Assembly: GCF_001194135.2 (NCBI RefSeq)
Contig: NC_068998.1
Coordinates: forward strand, 17,520,746-17,584,745
DNA length: 64,000 nt
Source of the DNA: Octopus bimaculoides
Taxonomy: Eukaryota
Direction: 5' to 3'
Position numbers and translations under genes: made by a program. Each line of letters begins with the position of its first letter. Position 1 is the first letter of the stretch. This document shows, in pieces, positions 1-14,235 of the stretch. Below the pieces are notes generated by a model. It searched no databases, was not told the origin of the DNA, and saw only the letters and a program-made list of their open reading frames with translations.

Positions 1-1596
1 TCTTCTGCAGAGGATTGTCTGGATCTTATGTTACTGAAGACGTGTGCAGTGTGAGTGAGCGTGTGTATGTGAGTGCTGAATGTGCCAGTCATTGCGTGAC
101 TGAGGCAGTGTAAGTGTGCATGTGAGTGCTGAATGTGCCAGTCATTGCGTGACTGGGGTAGTGAGTGAGTGCATGTGCAAGTGGCAAGAAGACACAGTGG
201 GACATACTGGCATGTTGCAAGAAGCAAGCAACTGTCTCTGTTTATTCTGTGGATGATGGTGAACACTAAAAGATGCATAGTCGAAAGAGTGATGTTGCCA
301 CTAGGACCGTCAAATCCATAACTGATTTACATCTGACATCTCGGATACGAAACGTCATAACAAAAATCAGTGCTGGCTATAATTTCTATAGAATATCTGT
401 AGAAATGACCTTGACAAGCGATGTTCCTCCTAGTTATTATTAATCTTTTACAAATATGCTTTACTCACTGAATTACTGCCTAAGTTGTTTCTCTCTGGTC
501 TACACTAACAGATTTTTGATGTCACTAGTATGCAAGGCACAAGCCTACATATTCATTTAACTACTGATGCACTTTTTAGCTCATTTATTTTTTCCCCCTT
601 ATGGTACAAATTTAAATTAGGCCAAGCCATACTCTGCACTAAGACCAATCGCTTTCTGTCTTAGAATAATCTCTTTCTTCATTTCTACAGTAATATTCTT
701 TTGTACAGACTTTGCTTTCAGCATGGGGAATGTTTTATTTGAAAATGAAAATTCACATTAAATTCTTTCTTGAAAAAAAAAATCCCATAAGGACTGTCAA
801 AATAAACTAGAGTGATGCTACAAGTTCACAGGAACATGTTGTAGGATTAGAGACTATGCATTTTCTTCAGCAACAGTCAATTTGCAGGGTGGGCCTAAGC
901 AACCTTTCATTACCTCCATTTTCAATATTTTTCTATGAAATCCATTCTTTAGGCAATTTTATTCATTGCCAAATTAATAGAATAACATTTATTACCATGT
1001 TTTATATTAACACAGCGTCAACTGCATGTATTTATACATATTTGTATATATTTGCATCCAAACACACACACACACACTCATATTCTTTGTGTATTCTTCT
1101 TACATATGCATAAAGAAGGAATGGCAAAGAGAGAGAGAGCAAATAAAAATTCAACAAGAAGTATATGCAGAAAATCATATTAATTTTATTTAATGATTTT
1201 TGCATTAAATATTTGTTACTGAAATAGGATTATGTATCTATTTGGAGGAAGTAAATATATACTACTTAATTTGAAATTATTTAATGTAAAAGGGTAAGGA
1301 TCATCCTTGGAATCTTAACTGGCAGTCAGTGAATGTGTCAGTCCTATCGAGATTAGATATTAGAACATTTCATTTCTCAAGGTCAAATAGAGATAATTTA
1401 ATTAATGCCAGTTATTCCTTGTTTGATGTGCTGTGCGTGTAAGTAAGCACACTATGAAATATGCTGGCTGAAACATTGACTTAAGATCGACATAATTGAT
1501 TTAATTTCTTCATGCAGAAACTTTTCTAAATGCAAAAGAATCATCTCAGTATTTCTTTATTTTCTTCATAGTGATTGTAGATCTGCTTCCCTACCA

Positions 1597-1635
<39 letters not shown>

Positions 1636-3339
1636 ATAATTGCTTTTTTTATATATTTGTTTTCATTGATTTAAGATTATTTTCCTTAAGACGACGATGA
1701 TGATGATTATTATCGTGTTGTTGTTGTTGTTTCATATCCTTTTATTTCTTTTAGAAACATATGTAATTATCTATAAGATTAAGTGACCTGCATTTCCTCT
1801 ACATATTTACTTAGTAATTTTGTGTCTTAAGGTAATGATTGTAAGTATGCTCACTCTGACATGCTTTGAAGTATATTTGTCTTTTTTTCTTCTGTTTATC
1901 TTGTTTAATGCATAATTTATTTTTCTATTACTGTCTGTAAATGAATGTCATTCAGGAAATAGGAAATCTTAGAATTGATCCCTACATGTTTCATTATTAC
2001 GTGTTTATGTTGATGTGTGTAAACATATATGAAATAAGACAACTATGAATTCACATACAAGGTTCTATTTAATCTCACAGGTTTGCTGGTAGTTGCTTGT
2101 GACATGTTCTCTCTTCAATTATTTCTTCACTGAACAGAGATGCTTCCTAAGTATGGTTTAATGGGAAAGGAGATTGAACACGTTTCAAGTAAATTCAATA
2201 ATTTCACTAAATAAATAAATATTCACTTGATAAAAGTTTTTAACATGTACAATGAAATGTAAATTTAAAGTTATCAATGAATTATCTATTGGGATATAAG
2301 ACTATCTGAACATTTTTTTGTTGCTGTTGTTGTTGCTGAATTACAATGCAATTTTCTTAGATTGATGCATAGAAAATATTGCATTGTTACTCATCAAAAA
2401 TGTCAATGCTCATTTCACATCATTATTTGTATTCTTTCACTTCCTTTCTCTTTCCAAACAAATATAGGTGTATGCGCATGTGTGGAAGATGATTGTAGAC
2501 AGTTCAGATGAGTAGCTACGTCAGCGTGTTTTCACTGGTTTAATTGAACCTGTGAATACGTGTGTTAAAATCACTTTCTGAGGTTTACGAATGAATTAAG
2601 ATGTAGTTGGTGTGAAACAAACTGGCTACATGTTAGTGTTGCTAGATTTTATTTAATTGCTTATATGTCTAATTTTATTATGTACCTCTTATTTTCAACT
2701 TGTTCTATATTCTGTGTGGGGGAGTCTTAACTTTATATTGACTTTCTTTGCTGGCATGGATTGGGTATGTTGTCATGGATTGAATCCATTTCTTTTGGAG
2801 TTACTGTTCTCCTCCTCTCTACCAGTGAGTAAGAAGAGCATGTCTTGCTTGCATATTTCATCAATTCTATGTCTGGGTGCTTCACCAAACACCTCAGTCT
2901 ATTAGGTACATTTCATAGTGGTATCACCACTTGAAAGGTTGTCTCATTGCCAACAAAGCCAAGGAACTATCATGACTCTGTACCACTTCATCTCACTCAC
3001 CAACCACTTCACCGAGTGCATCTCATCATAACACCTGCACTAATGAGACTGCCTTATATCACACATATCCAAAAAGTTCTCAGTACTCCATGCTACTATC
3101 TCTACTAGTTTTACTTGGTCGCTTTATTTGCGACCGAGAAGGTGAATTGAAGATTGCATTGAACCAATGAGAATGTGGTGAAGTAGTCTTCCTTTGCGAA
3201 GTTCAGAACCGTCACTAATCAGAAATAAGGTGATGATGATCTTTATTGTGCACCAGAGCAAGTGGATGTCCATACTTGTCAAGATCTGATTGCAAATCAC
3301 ATAGTTAGCATGAACATAAAACAAGACTGGCCAGATGAA

Positions 3340-4100
3340 CAAGATTTGTCTGAATTTGAGCCTTTCTCATTATCCAACTCTGAATTAACTGTCTATGATA
3401 GTTGCCTGCTTTGGTGTTGAGAGTAATTATCCCTCTCAATCTGGGGCATGAAGTAATCTATCAACGTCACCTGATGCATCCATGTCAACAGGATGAAGGC
3501 ACTTTCCAGTTTCTACATTTGGTAGCAAAAGATGCATTGTGACATAGGAGCCATGTTAGAGGCTGCAATAATGTCAATATTCCAGCCAATACTCCAATAC
3601 AATTTTGAGGAGAGCCTTCTGGCCCATGGACCTTTCTACATATAGGTTATGTAGATCCATTTCTAAGCAAAATACTTTCACTTGTTGAAGACACTTAGGC
3701 TAAATGGATTGAAGCTACATCTATGAGCACTTTAACTTCTATAGCAAACATTGAAAAACTTGTTTTTAAGATTCATAGCCTTTCAGATATGTGCAGTAGA
3801 TAATGGCTCTTTCTCTGCAAGTGATGGATTCTTGAGCTTTATGTCTCTAAATGGTATATGACATGTAACCAATGCATCTTGTTGCTTGTCATCCAATAGT
3901 TGTACAGAGAGGGCTGTCCAAACTTTCAGTGCAGCTCTGAAGAAAGTGTCAATTTGAAGTTATGACATAATTGAGACTAATAAATCATTTTCTATTTGCT
4001 TATTGACTTATGCATCCACCCTGCTACTCTCTGTGAGTCTCCCGTGGAACTGTTGTTGAATCATAAATTATGCAACTTTTTCGATATAGTTAAACCTAGC
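3340..4100 (+). mobile_element. Degenerate Ty3/Gypsy LTR-retrotransposon pol fragment (integrase), pseudogenised
   Basis: Translation across stops and frameshifts: SELTVYDSCLLW/RVIIP, RMKALSSFYIW*, PSGPWTFLHIGYVDPF, *AKWIEA, DNGSF, NGI*HV, SNSCTERAVQTF. These are Gypsy integrase motifs in the expected order. Confidence 0.85.
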
Positions 4101-5929
4101 TTCACTTGATGCTACCAACATGCCCAGGAGATGGTGATTGCTCAAAAACAGCTAAGAAATGGAAGCCAAGGAGAAAAATGGAACTCTGAAACAGCACTCA
4201 AAGCAAATCGCCCAGTTTCATATTCTGTATCTGTGTGAGGGGATTATCCAGAGACATGTTAATTAATTATACTCACATGTTAACAAATGATAATCCCTAT
4301 TTTGAATTTGTAGTTCATGTATTTTCAACAAATTGTTAATTATTTCTGCTGTGTGATACACATCTCCAAGCAACCAAACTTTTGGCAGCACCTATTCCAC
4401 CACATGAGATAGCACTGAATCCCACTATCGCAACAATCTAATTTATATGAAATTACTTATGACCAAGTCAGTATCAGAGCCCACCATCCTGTCTAACAAA
4501 GTTTGATAGTTTTGTGAGCCAAAGGGGAAAAATAGTATTGTTCTCACATATCACAGAGATTCATAAAAGACTATGTTTATAATGAGTTAAATTCTTTCCC
4601 TTTTATGGAGCTACCCTTAAAGTATCATTTTGATATAATTTGGAAATAGTTCATTTACCATTAAATTGAGTCTAGAGCCCATCTCTTCATTTAAGACTTA
4701 CAACAGTTTTGTACATAACTTGTAGTATTTCTACAAATAGGTTATATCAATTCACACTTAATTTTATTGTTTTATTTCCAATTTCATAAACGCATTTCTT
4801 ATGCTGTTTACTTTTTCTTTTCGTGAAAAGTACAATTGATTTTTACTATTTTTGATGTTTGTGTTCATTGTACATATTAGAAAGTCTTCGTGCACTTTAA
4901 ATTTCCTCTCACTGGTTTATCTTTCTGGTTTTTATCCTAAGTTTTATTCTGTTTTAGAATTTGTTTTCCATATACTTAATATTTTCATTGTCTGTAAAGT
5001 CTAATAGTAAGCCACTATTGTATTTTTCATTTTTGATAATAGCTAGTGAATTAGCCAAAGGAATAGTCCCATTTCAACAAATAGAACAGACTTCATCTCT
5101 CTTTTTTTTTTTTTTTTTGTCATGCCAACATAGGTTAGACAAGTGTTTTCCAATAAACATCTGAGTCTTGTATCATCTCACCTTTATGACCCAAACTTTT
5201 CAAATCTAACCTAACCAATTGCTTCCAAATCTCTTTGTTTATCTTCTCCGCATTGTCTATCTTTTACCATCAGCCTACAGCTCTTAGTTTTCCTTGTCTG
5301 GATCATCCACTCATGTCACTCATATAACACTGAGGGTGCTGTATTTCCATAATAACATTGTCATTTCTTTTGTGTACAATGACCACTTGAATATTAGACT
5401 GAGTTTAGATGAATATTTTATACTGAATTTGTACATAAGAATGATTTCTAATTACCTTCAAATATTTCATAACAAATATTATTCTAAAATAATTGATTGA
5501 TGAATATTACCTATGTTTTGCAATATTTTATTTTAACTTTATAACTAATGGAATATCAAAAGTCAATTGGTTAAACTGTTTGCTTCTAAGTTAACTAAGT
5601 GGTTCTGCCTCTAATATTTGCTCAAAAGAATAAATGAAATATTTTATTCTCAAATTGAAAATCTATTTTTAGAGGTGAAACAACTGAAATTAAACTCAAA
5701 AGTTGGAATTAACACTTAATCTTTGATATTGCATGTGCTATATGTAGCATAACTAGTTTTTAAAAATTGAGTGAGCTTAGCTCTTTCACAATATCAGTCA
5801 TTAGAATATGATAATCAATGTAAAAATAAACTTTGTATGTACTTTAAATGTAGTCTTATCACCATTTTTGAAGTCAGTTTTTTTCTATGTTGAAATAGAC
5901 TGAATGGATCAGTTCAGCATATGACTAAT

Positions 5930-7230
5930 AGGCAGATATTGTCACATCTCATCTCTTGTTAGCTCCACCATTTTGCAGATATGCTTTCACTTCTCTCTTT
6001 TAGAGTTTTCTGTTTTTTCAACCTTTGCCATTAAAGTGATGTGGTACAGAGTGAATGATACCTTCCCATGGTTCACTGATAATTGTGCTATAGCAGTTTA
6101 CATACAGAACATGACCAACAACACATTGAGCAAATCACTGTTTTGCAAACCAGGTGTCTTAACTATGACAATAGCTCCTGTAAAATCATTGTCCCAAATG
6201 TAAAGAATTCCTCTGTGTTGCATTGCTTGCAAGCTCTTTCAGTTTTCAAACTTCAACCTATACTGTTGGTCTCTTGTTAAAAGGATATCTACCAACTTTG
6301 TGTAATCCTCTTTCTTTCCACTTTACAAACATGATGGTTCTATAACAGTATTTTCCGGAAAGAAAGACTCAGCATATGCTGCCCCACTTTGGACCAACTT
6401 CACATGGCTAGTTTCTGTGCCACCAGTTCATCACCATGTACACATATGGACCAAGTATGAAAGTACTTCCAACAGCTTCAAACCAGCTTGGCTATTAGCA
6501 CTAGCAATGCCTATCAAAACTCTCCCCTACTCTTGCCAAACTCTTCATTCTTTGTGATATATTTTGATCCTTAGAAGTATACAGTAATCCCTTGCCATAT
6601 TGCAGCTTATTATTTAAGCTTACATCGATTCCTCTGTGGTGTTGTTTTACATACATAATAAAATAAATATATGCAAATTATATAAATATAAAAATTATTA
6701 TACAGTATTGTTTCTACTTCGCGGATTTTCACCTATCACGGGGGTTTGGGGAAATAAAACCCATGATAGTCAAAAGATTACTGTACTACAGTTTGCCCCA
6801 TTCCCACAAAGATGACAACAAACTTCCTCCAACATCTTGAATCTTTCTATGGCTTTCTTGGAACCTTTTGTCAGTCAACAGTGCTTGAACCCTCAACCTA
6901 CAAGAAATTTTATAAAACAGTTTAACAGTGTTGTTGCATGCATAATCAGCAAGGCCTTAGACTATAGATAACATGTGAACCTCCTGACAAAACTGCTCAC
7001 CTATGAGCTCAATACATATCTCTCTGTGTTTCTCTCACACACACACACATACATTTTATTAACTGTGATGTGACCCAAGGTTAGTTTTGTCCCTTACAGA
7101 TTGACCCTCTGGAATTCCTTTCAAATTTTAATATACGACTCTTCTAAAATGAACATTGCATTGGTCTCACTGGCCTTAGAGGGACTGTGAAGGACATAGG
7201 CACAACCCCTATTTCAGACTAAACCAATAA
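5930..7230 (+). mobile_element. Fragmented old LINE relic (CR1/Jockey-group-like), interrupted by a MITE
   Basis: Scattered motifs PWFTDNCAIA (EN-RT linker-like), AYAAPLW (RT C-terminal 'YAxPxW') and LWNS (LINE ORF2 end), with many stops. Confidence 0.45.
6582..6783. mobile_element. Tc1/mariner (Tigger/pogo-like) MITE
   Basis: Imperfect TIRs CAGTAATCCCTTG...CAAAAGATTACTG flanked by TA on both sides; no ORF. Confidence 0.7.
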
Positions 7231-7752
7231 GAAAAAATACTGAGCTACTCTTATAAACCATTTATCTTCACTTAAAATTTCAAAATATAAATCTTTAAAG
7301 TATATGATGACAAATTTTGAAGCTGTTCTGAATTTTAAATGAGTCTTCATTAGCTTCTTGTTTTTTTTTATCAAAATGGAATTTATATAATTGCAACAAG
7401 TATAATTTACCTTAATCTGATCTCGTTTAGATTTTCCTTTGTCACAACCGTCTTACAGCTGTTTGATTTTAAGTTAAACTTTTTTTTTCTCATCATACAC
7501 AACTATTATCCTTTATTGGGAAAACCTCATTATGAAAGAATGTATGGATCATTTTTTGACTTAAGGCATAAATAGCTACCTTTGACATTTATAATTCAGA
7601 TAGAAGCCTTGATAGAAATTTTAAAAGTTTACTTTCATTTTTAGGTCTCTCTCTTTTCTCTTCTCTATCCTTTCTCTCTTTGTACTTCTATGTTTCTCCT
7701 CTTTCTCCTTTCTCTTCTATTTCCCTCCCTCTATTTTCTTTCCTCTTTCTCC

Positions 7753-7791
<39 letters not shown>

Positions 7792-10487
7792 CCTCCTCTG
7801 TCTGGGTTAAATTACATTTATTTTTCTCTATTCTTACGAACTGAGCATATTGTTCAGTTTAATCTGTGTAAAATATATGCATAGAACATTAACCCTTTTG
7901 ATACTGTCATTTCTGTTACTTGCAAAAATTGCTCAAATGTTTGTTGAGATATTGAACATAATAATTGTTGTGATGATGCTTGTTGGAATATGGTGACTAG
8001 AGGCAATTGAATGAAAATTTAGAAATACAAAACTTCAAAGGAATTTTCTCCATTTATGAGAATGGAGATTACATCATAGCATCTTTCTTTGCCTGAAACA
8101 AAGTGTGATAAAATGGTAATGTGATAATTTTGCTTGAAACAAAATGATAATGTGATAAGTGGGAATTTTGAAAAATAAACTGAACCAGAAGACTATTTTA
8201 TAGTCAAAGAAAGTGATGTCCCTCTTTCTCATTCTTCTTCAGATTTTAGTTTAAATAAATAAATCAAATTATATAGAACAAGGCAGCCAGGCTAATATTT
8301 CTAACTTACCAAAATTTAAAAAGAGTTGTATTACTGCAGGTTATATCAGCTTAAGATTTAATCATGTCTAGTTAAATTCACTTTGAAGAACAAATGCACA
8401 AGAGGAAATATTTTGGTAGAACATGCATATCTTAACATTTTGTCTAGAAATTCATTATATATATGCTATACGATTATATTGCATATAAAATTAAATATTT
8501 CTTAGTTATGGATAGTAATTTAATTGTAGTAGTACTTTATGTATACATTTTGGTTATCAAAAATTTCATTTAAATAAAAATGAAATTATCTAAGTCAAAT
8601 CCTGCACACTTGGATAATAATACTACTTTGAAATAGAATTCTTTGTTAGAGCAAGTTGATCAGAAATAGTAAACTAGCTTATTTGAGTTTGGCTTTAAAT
8701 GCCAAGCTATAAGAAATCAATACAATCTAAAGAAAAGTGTTCACCAGCTGTCAAGCAACTCCTGCTACTTCTGATACAATTTATTTGCCATGATATTTAA
8801 TTTTTTTTTTATTTACTTGTTTAAATGAAATCTGATTTGATCTCTCCTGTTCAATGGGTCACAATATTTTTTTCTTTCTTTTCCGAGCATTTGATATTTT
8901 GTATAAATGGATTCTGATGATTTAGTTACAGTCTTGTTGATGTAGATTTATGAGTTTACTAATGGTTTTAAAATGATAACTTTAATGGATTGAGAATTAA
9001 TAAAATTTAAATTTCTTTATAATTTCTAAAGATAATGATGTGAAAGCTAATAAAACAATGATTACAGTAGGTTTCCATAGGTTTTAAAAACAGTTAAAAT
9101 TAACATTCATTCATTCATTGTAATGTATACATTCAATATGTATGTGTGTCATTATGATATTAAACCAACAAATTGTGGCATGTGCAAACATTCATTGTAG
9201 GCTTTAAGCTATGTCATAACAACCACTAATCTTCACTACTTTAGTCCATCCATTCTCTTTGTGTATTATCAAGTTTACAAAAATTTTCTTCTACAAGTGT
9301 ATATATTCTGTAAAGACTACATCAACCTGAATTAATTCATTTAACTATTGTCCGGAATTATTCTATACAGATATACTTAGTCTTCCTCCACCCAACCATC
9401 TTTCTCTTTGTTATACATGTATCAACCAATCACATACAGATCATCATTTCTCATACATTTCTTTCTATTCGTTCATATTAGTTTATTTTCTCTTACTCGT
9501 TCCATATATCTACTCATTCTTTCTATGCAAATTCACAGTGAATAGCTGCATGTAAAACAAATCTAATTATGTCGTATTGATTTAATTTCTTTCCCCCTTG
9601 CTTTATTTTTTAAATAGAAATCTGGCTGAATGCATTCATTTGTTTCTTTCACATTTCTTGACATTTTTCTTTAATTTCCTTCCTTTTACTTTTTCACCCC
9701 TCCTTACTGTTTCCAGTTGTTGTTGTTACATGTGTATTCAATAGAAACCTTAACCATTTGTATTAGTCTATAACTCTACCCACTAGAACATGGCCATACA
9801 ATAGTGACAGATTCCTTTTCAAATTTTCTGGTTTTCCTATTGACTGTTTCCAGAGTTGATTCTGTAGGAATTTTGTGTGTATTTTCATATAATGAATTTT
9901 ATTGAAAAAATATCATAAAGATTTTTTGATATTAGAATTCATTTTATATTTGATTTCACAAAAAACAAAAAAAAACATTCCCTTGTAACAAGTCAAGAAA
10001 GGAAGACTGGACTAATATCGTGCATTGATGTTATAGAAGAATATAGTTGCAGTTAATGCTCTCTTAATTTTGTTTGGTTTACTTGAATAGAAACTGTTCT
10101 TAAAGAGCTAAGAGTAAGTAAATGTTTCATAGATATAAGTGCTATTTAGTTAAGTATGCCTGGAAAGAAATATTATATAGAATATAGAAGGAATTGCATG
10201 TCTGTGAATATGGAGTGTAGTGGGGATTATTTAGACTTTTGACTATGTTTTCAACACTATATAATTCTTTGTTGATGACTAACACTATATATTCTTTGAT
10301 ACCTAGCATTATACTACATACATGCATGTATATATATCTATATATATATTGCTGATATGACGTGTATATAATGTCAAGTGTCAGCAATATTCTTTGATAT
10401 GAAGCATATGAGCGTTTTCTCAAAGCCATATTGGCTGTTAAAACAGCATATTTATCTATCTATCTGTCTGTCTGTCTTTATTTATTT

Positions 10488-10643
10488 TTGGCTAAATATT
10501 TCTGAAGTTGCCTAACCAGGAATATAGCATCAGTTGTGCTCCTGCCTGGCACAAGTCTGAACTGCATCTCATCTACACTAACTCTCTTCTTAATTAATTG
10601 AGTTATGACCCTTTCTGTGACTTTCATCACCTGGTCCAGCAAT
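10488..10643 (-). mobile_element. RTE-clade LINE RT fragment (downstream half of a split copy)
   Basis: Minus strand reads LLDQVMKVTERVITQLIKKRVSVDEMQFRLVPGRSTTDAIFLVRQLQ, the RTE RT 'QFGF.PGRSTTDAIF' region. Confidence 0.88.
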
Positions 10644-11402
10644 ATTTGTCTGTCTGTCTATCTATCATCGTCATTTAATGTCGGTTGTCCATGCTGGTAT
10701 GGGTTGGACAGTTTGACCAGGGCTGGCAAGCTGGAGGGCTGCACCAGACTCCAGTCTGATTTGGTACAGTTTTCTATGGCTGGATACCCTTCCTAACACC
10801 AACCACTCCGAGAGTGTAATGGGTGCCATTTGCATGACACCGGTATCTGCCACGACTGCGATTTTGCTCGGCTTGATGGGTCTTCTTCTCAAGCATGACA
10901 TAATGCCAAAGATATATCATCATCATCATTTAATGTCTGCTTTCCATGCTAGCATGCGTTGGATAGTTTGACATGGAGTTGTCTAGCAGGGAGCTGTCCA
11001 GACTCCAACTGTCTGTTGTGGCATGGTTTCTATGGTTGGATGCCCTTCCTAATGCCAACCACTTAACAGTATGTACTCAATGCTTTTTACATACCACTAG
11101 CACAGGTGCATTTACACAGCACCAGAACAGGTGTATTTATACAGCACTGGCACAGTTGTGTTAATGCAGCACCAGCACAGGTGCTTTTTCATGTGGCACC
11201 AACACCTGAAAGGACAAGCCTGTATGTGTTGAAGACAGTGATTTTACTTAGTTTGATGTGTTTTATTGAGTACAGCAAATTGCCACATCTCCCGGTCCCT
11301 TGTCATTTCCTCAGAGTGGCCCAGCATCTGAAGATCATTTCTCACCACTTTGTTCCACATTTTCCTAGGTCTACCCCTTCCACAGGTACCCTCCACAGTT
11401 AA
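10644..11402 (-). mobile_element. 5'-truncated RTE 3' segments inserted into the older RTE copy
   Basis: Minus strand LTVEGTCGRGRPRKMW (RTE ORF end) plus two 3'-UTR-like units ending in catcat/tcta microsatellite tails; flanked by a 30-bp direct repeat. Confidence 0.7.
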
Positions 11403-11790
11403 TCTGTGACTTTCATCACCTGGTCCAGCAATTTGATGCCTCTATAATTATTTCTGTCTAAGGCATAACCTTTGCCTTTGTAGCAGTTAACTATAATGCT
11501 GCTACACCAATTGCTAGGTATCACTCCCTCATGGACAACCTGATTAACTATATGGGTGACTAGGCCATATCCTACTCCACCAGATATTTTCAGCATCTCA
11601 GCAGTGATTCCTGATGGGCCAGTGATTCCTTAATTGCTTTATCCACCAAGCTATTGTTGGTTCAGATAGCTGGTCCCTCAGTTGGGTCTACATTTGGCAG
11701 ACTCTCCTTCTCCCATTCATTCTCCATGTTTAGCAAACTTTCATAATGGCATTTCCAATATATTATTGAAAGAACTAAAGAAAAAAGCTC
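11403..11790 (-). mobile_element. RTE-clade LINE RT fragment (upstream half)
   Basis: ORF 11399..11596: IPSNWCSSIIVNCYKGKGYALDRNNYRGIKLLDQVMK, RTE RT domain 1. Confidence 0.9.
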
Positions 11791-11959
11791 AAAGGAGCCA
11801 ATGGTATGAATTTAGATAACTTAATTTATTGAAATTTTTCCTTTGAGGTGGAGACAGAAAACAAACCCTACAGGCAATTGTTGGTGACTGTCAAGGAGAT
11901 AAAGGGAGGTAATTTCAAGAAATTAAACAATATGTATATATGCATGCATGCCTTTCCAT

Positions 11960-12376
11960 GCTTGCATTGATTGGGTTGAGCCCTACCGCCTAGTCTTGCC
12001 ATCTGTTGCATTCTTTTGTCATCTCTTATGTGAAGCTATGACCAGCTTTTACTATTACTAAACATGTCTTCTTTGGTCTTTCTCTTCCTCAGTTTCCTTC
12101 CACTTGGATATCCTGGCTCTTCTTTCCCCATCTGTTATCCTCCATAAACCTCACATGTCTGTGCCAACACAGTTTTTCATTTTTCTTGTTTGCTGCAACT
12201 GATTCTTCTTTTTTTCATAGCTTCAATCCATCTGCATCACATCATTCATGCATACTAACATTACACATCCAGCAGAGCATGCTTGCTTCATTTCCTTTCA
12301 ACCTTTGCTCATCCTTTATATTCAATACCCATGTCTCACTACCATGCACCATCACACCTTGTGCATAATCAACATG

Positions 12377-12377
<1 letters not shown>
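11960..12377 (-). mobile_element. RTE LINE C-terminal fragment
   Basis: Minus strand VMVHGSETWVLNIKDEQRLKGNEASMLCWMCNVS ('HGSETW' motif), followed by GRPK-like and UTR sequence. Confidence 0.8.
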
Positions 12378-12420
<43 letters not shown>

Positions 12421-14070
12421 CTGNNNNNNNNNNNNNNNNNNNNNNNNNNNNNNNNNNNNNNNNNNNNNNNNNNNNNNNNNNNNNNNNNNNNNNNNNNNNN
12501 NNNNNNNNNNNNNNNNNNNNNNNNNNNNNNNNNNNNNNNNNNNNNNNNNNNNNNNNNNNNNNNNNNNNNNNNNNNNNNNNNNNNNNNNNNNNNNNNNNNN
12601 NNNNNNNATTTTTTTTTTTTTTTGTTAATGTTTTCACTTAAAATATAAGCATTAATATCATTTATTATTTTAGTTTACTCATAACACAGTTATACTTCAA
12701 ACATAAACATGTATAATTTGTTTTCTTGTCTTTGCATATACTTTATCTTTATTTGTCTTTCAATAAAAGAAAAACATTGAATTAGTCCTTCTTGAAAATA
12801 TACTCTAGTTCATAATATTTACATTTGCCGACTAAGTCGATGTATTGTCATAATTGATTTTTATGCAACCTGTGATACAGAGACCAATTTTTTTTTTCAT
12901 TATCTCAAAATGTAAATGATTAATTCAAATAATACAATATTTTTATTCAAATATCATATCTATAATCATTTCATTTAATATCTAATTTTCTTTGTTGGCA
13001 TGGATTAGATAGATCTGAGCAACCATCTCTCTCTCTCTAATTGTACAACTTTTCAATAATAGTCTGTAATTAGTGAATCATTTATTGTTCTAATACAGCT
13101 CACAATACCATGTGGACAGCAATATTGACTTCTTTCATATTACTTGTTTTCCCACCCACCCACTCATGAAATATTCTGGCTGAATTTGGCATAAAGCAAA
13201 GATAAAATTGTCCGTAATAAATAAAATAGGTAGTGCTCAAGAAAAGAGAAATGAAGACTGGTCTAATATCGTGCATTGATGATCTAGAAGTGTATGTGTG
13301 TGTATATNNNNNNNNNNNNNNNNNNNNNNNNNNNNNNNNNNNNNNNNNNNNNNNNNNNNNNNNNNNNNNNNNNNNNNNNNNNNNNNNNNNNNNNNNNNNN
13401 NNNNNNNNNNNNNNNNNNNNNNNNNNNNNNNNNNNNNNNNNNNNNNNNNNNNNNNNNNNNNNNNNNNNNNNNNNNNNNNNNNNNNNNNNNNNNNNNNNNN
13501 NNNNNNNCTATCTTAATTTTGATTAGTTCACTTGAATAGAAAATACTTCCAAAGAACTCCAGAATAAGGCGATATTTCACAAGAATTGTGTTATTCAGTT
13601 AAGCGTGCCTGGAAAGAAATATATAGAAGAAATTATTTTTGCCTGCATGTGAAGGAAAGTATATTTGTACTCTTCAAGACATTTTAACTTCAAAGCTTTT
13701 ATTTAATTATATTGTAATTTGGTAATCTTATTTATTTATTTATTTTGTAATTTGATAATCTTTTGAAGATGCACTATTGTTTAATAATGTAACATTACAT
13801 TTCTTTCATCCGTTTCAAAGCAATAAAGGATTTTACACATTATTTTTGGAAACTTCTAGAAGAGGCTTTTGTATTCATTCTAGAAAAATGTAGTACTGAC
13901 GTTCATTCAATGTTAAAATAAGTATTAATAAAACTTCTTCAGATTAACCGTTTTGAGACCAACCCACCTGAGATCCCTCTTCTAAGATCCAAATTTCCTG
14001 TTTTAAGGTGATCTAAATTAAAACCATTCATAAAAGTTTCACATTAACCTTTGTTCCAAACACCAACTTA

Positions 14071-14235
14071 ATGGTTTCAAGTTTTAGCACAAGGCCAGCA
14101 AATTTGAGGGTGAGGGTAAGTCAATTACATTGACCCCCATGATTTAACTGGTACTTTTTTATTGAACCCCCCCCCCCCAAGGATGCAAGGCAAAATTGAC
14201 CTTGACGGAATTTCAACTCAGAATGTAAAGACAGA
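14071..14235 (-). mobile_element. Partial SINE (ctgagttcaaatt...gtaccagtt family)
   Basis: Similar to copies at ~26972-27180, 38750-38960, 50070-50280 and 59860-60050 in this window. Confidence 0.7.

Noticed and set aside
325-360. ctgatttac-atctg-acatct-cggat-ac-gaaacgtc as a hammerhead
   Set aside because: Has GAAAC-GUC and a small stem, but the CUGANGA core and stem I do not fit.
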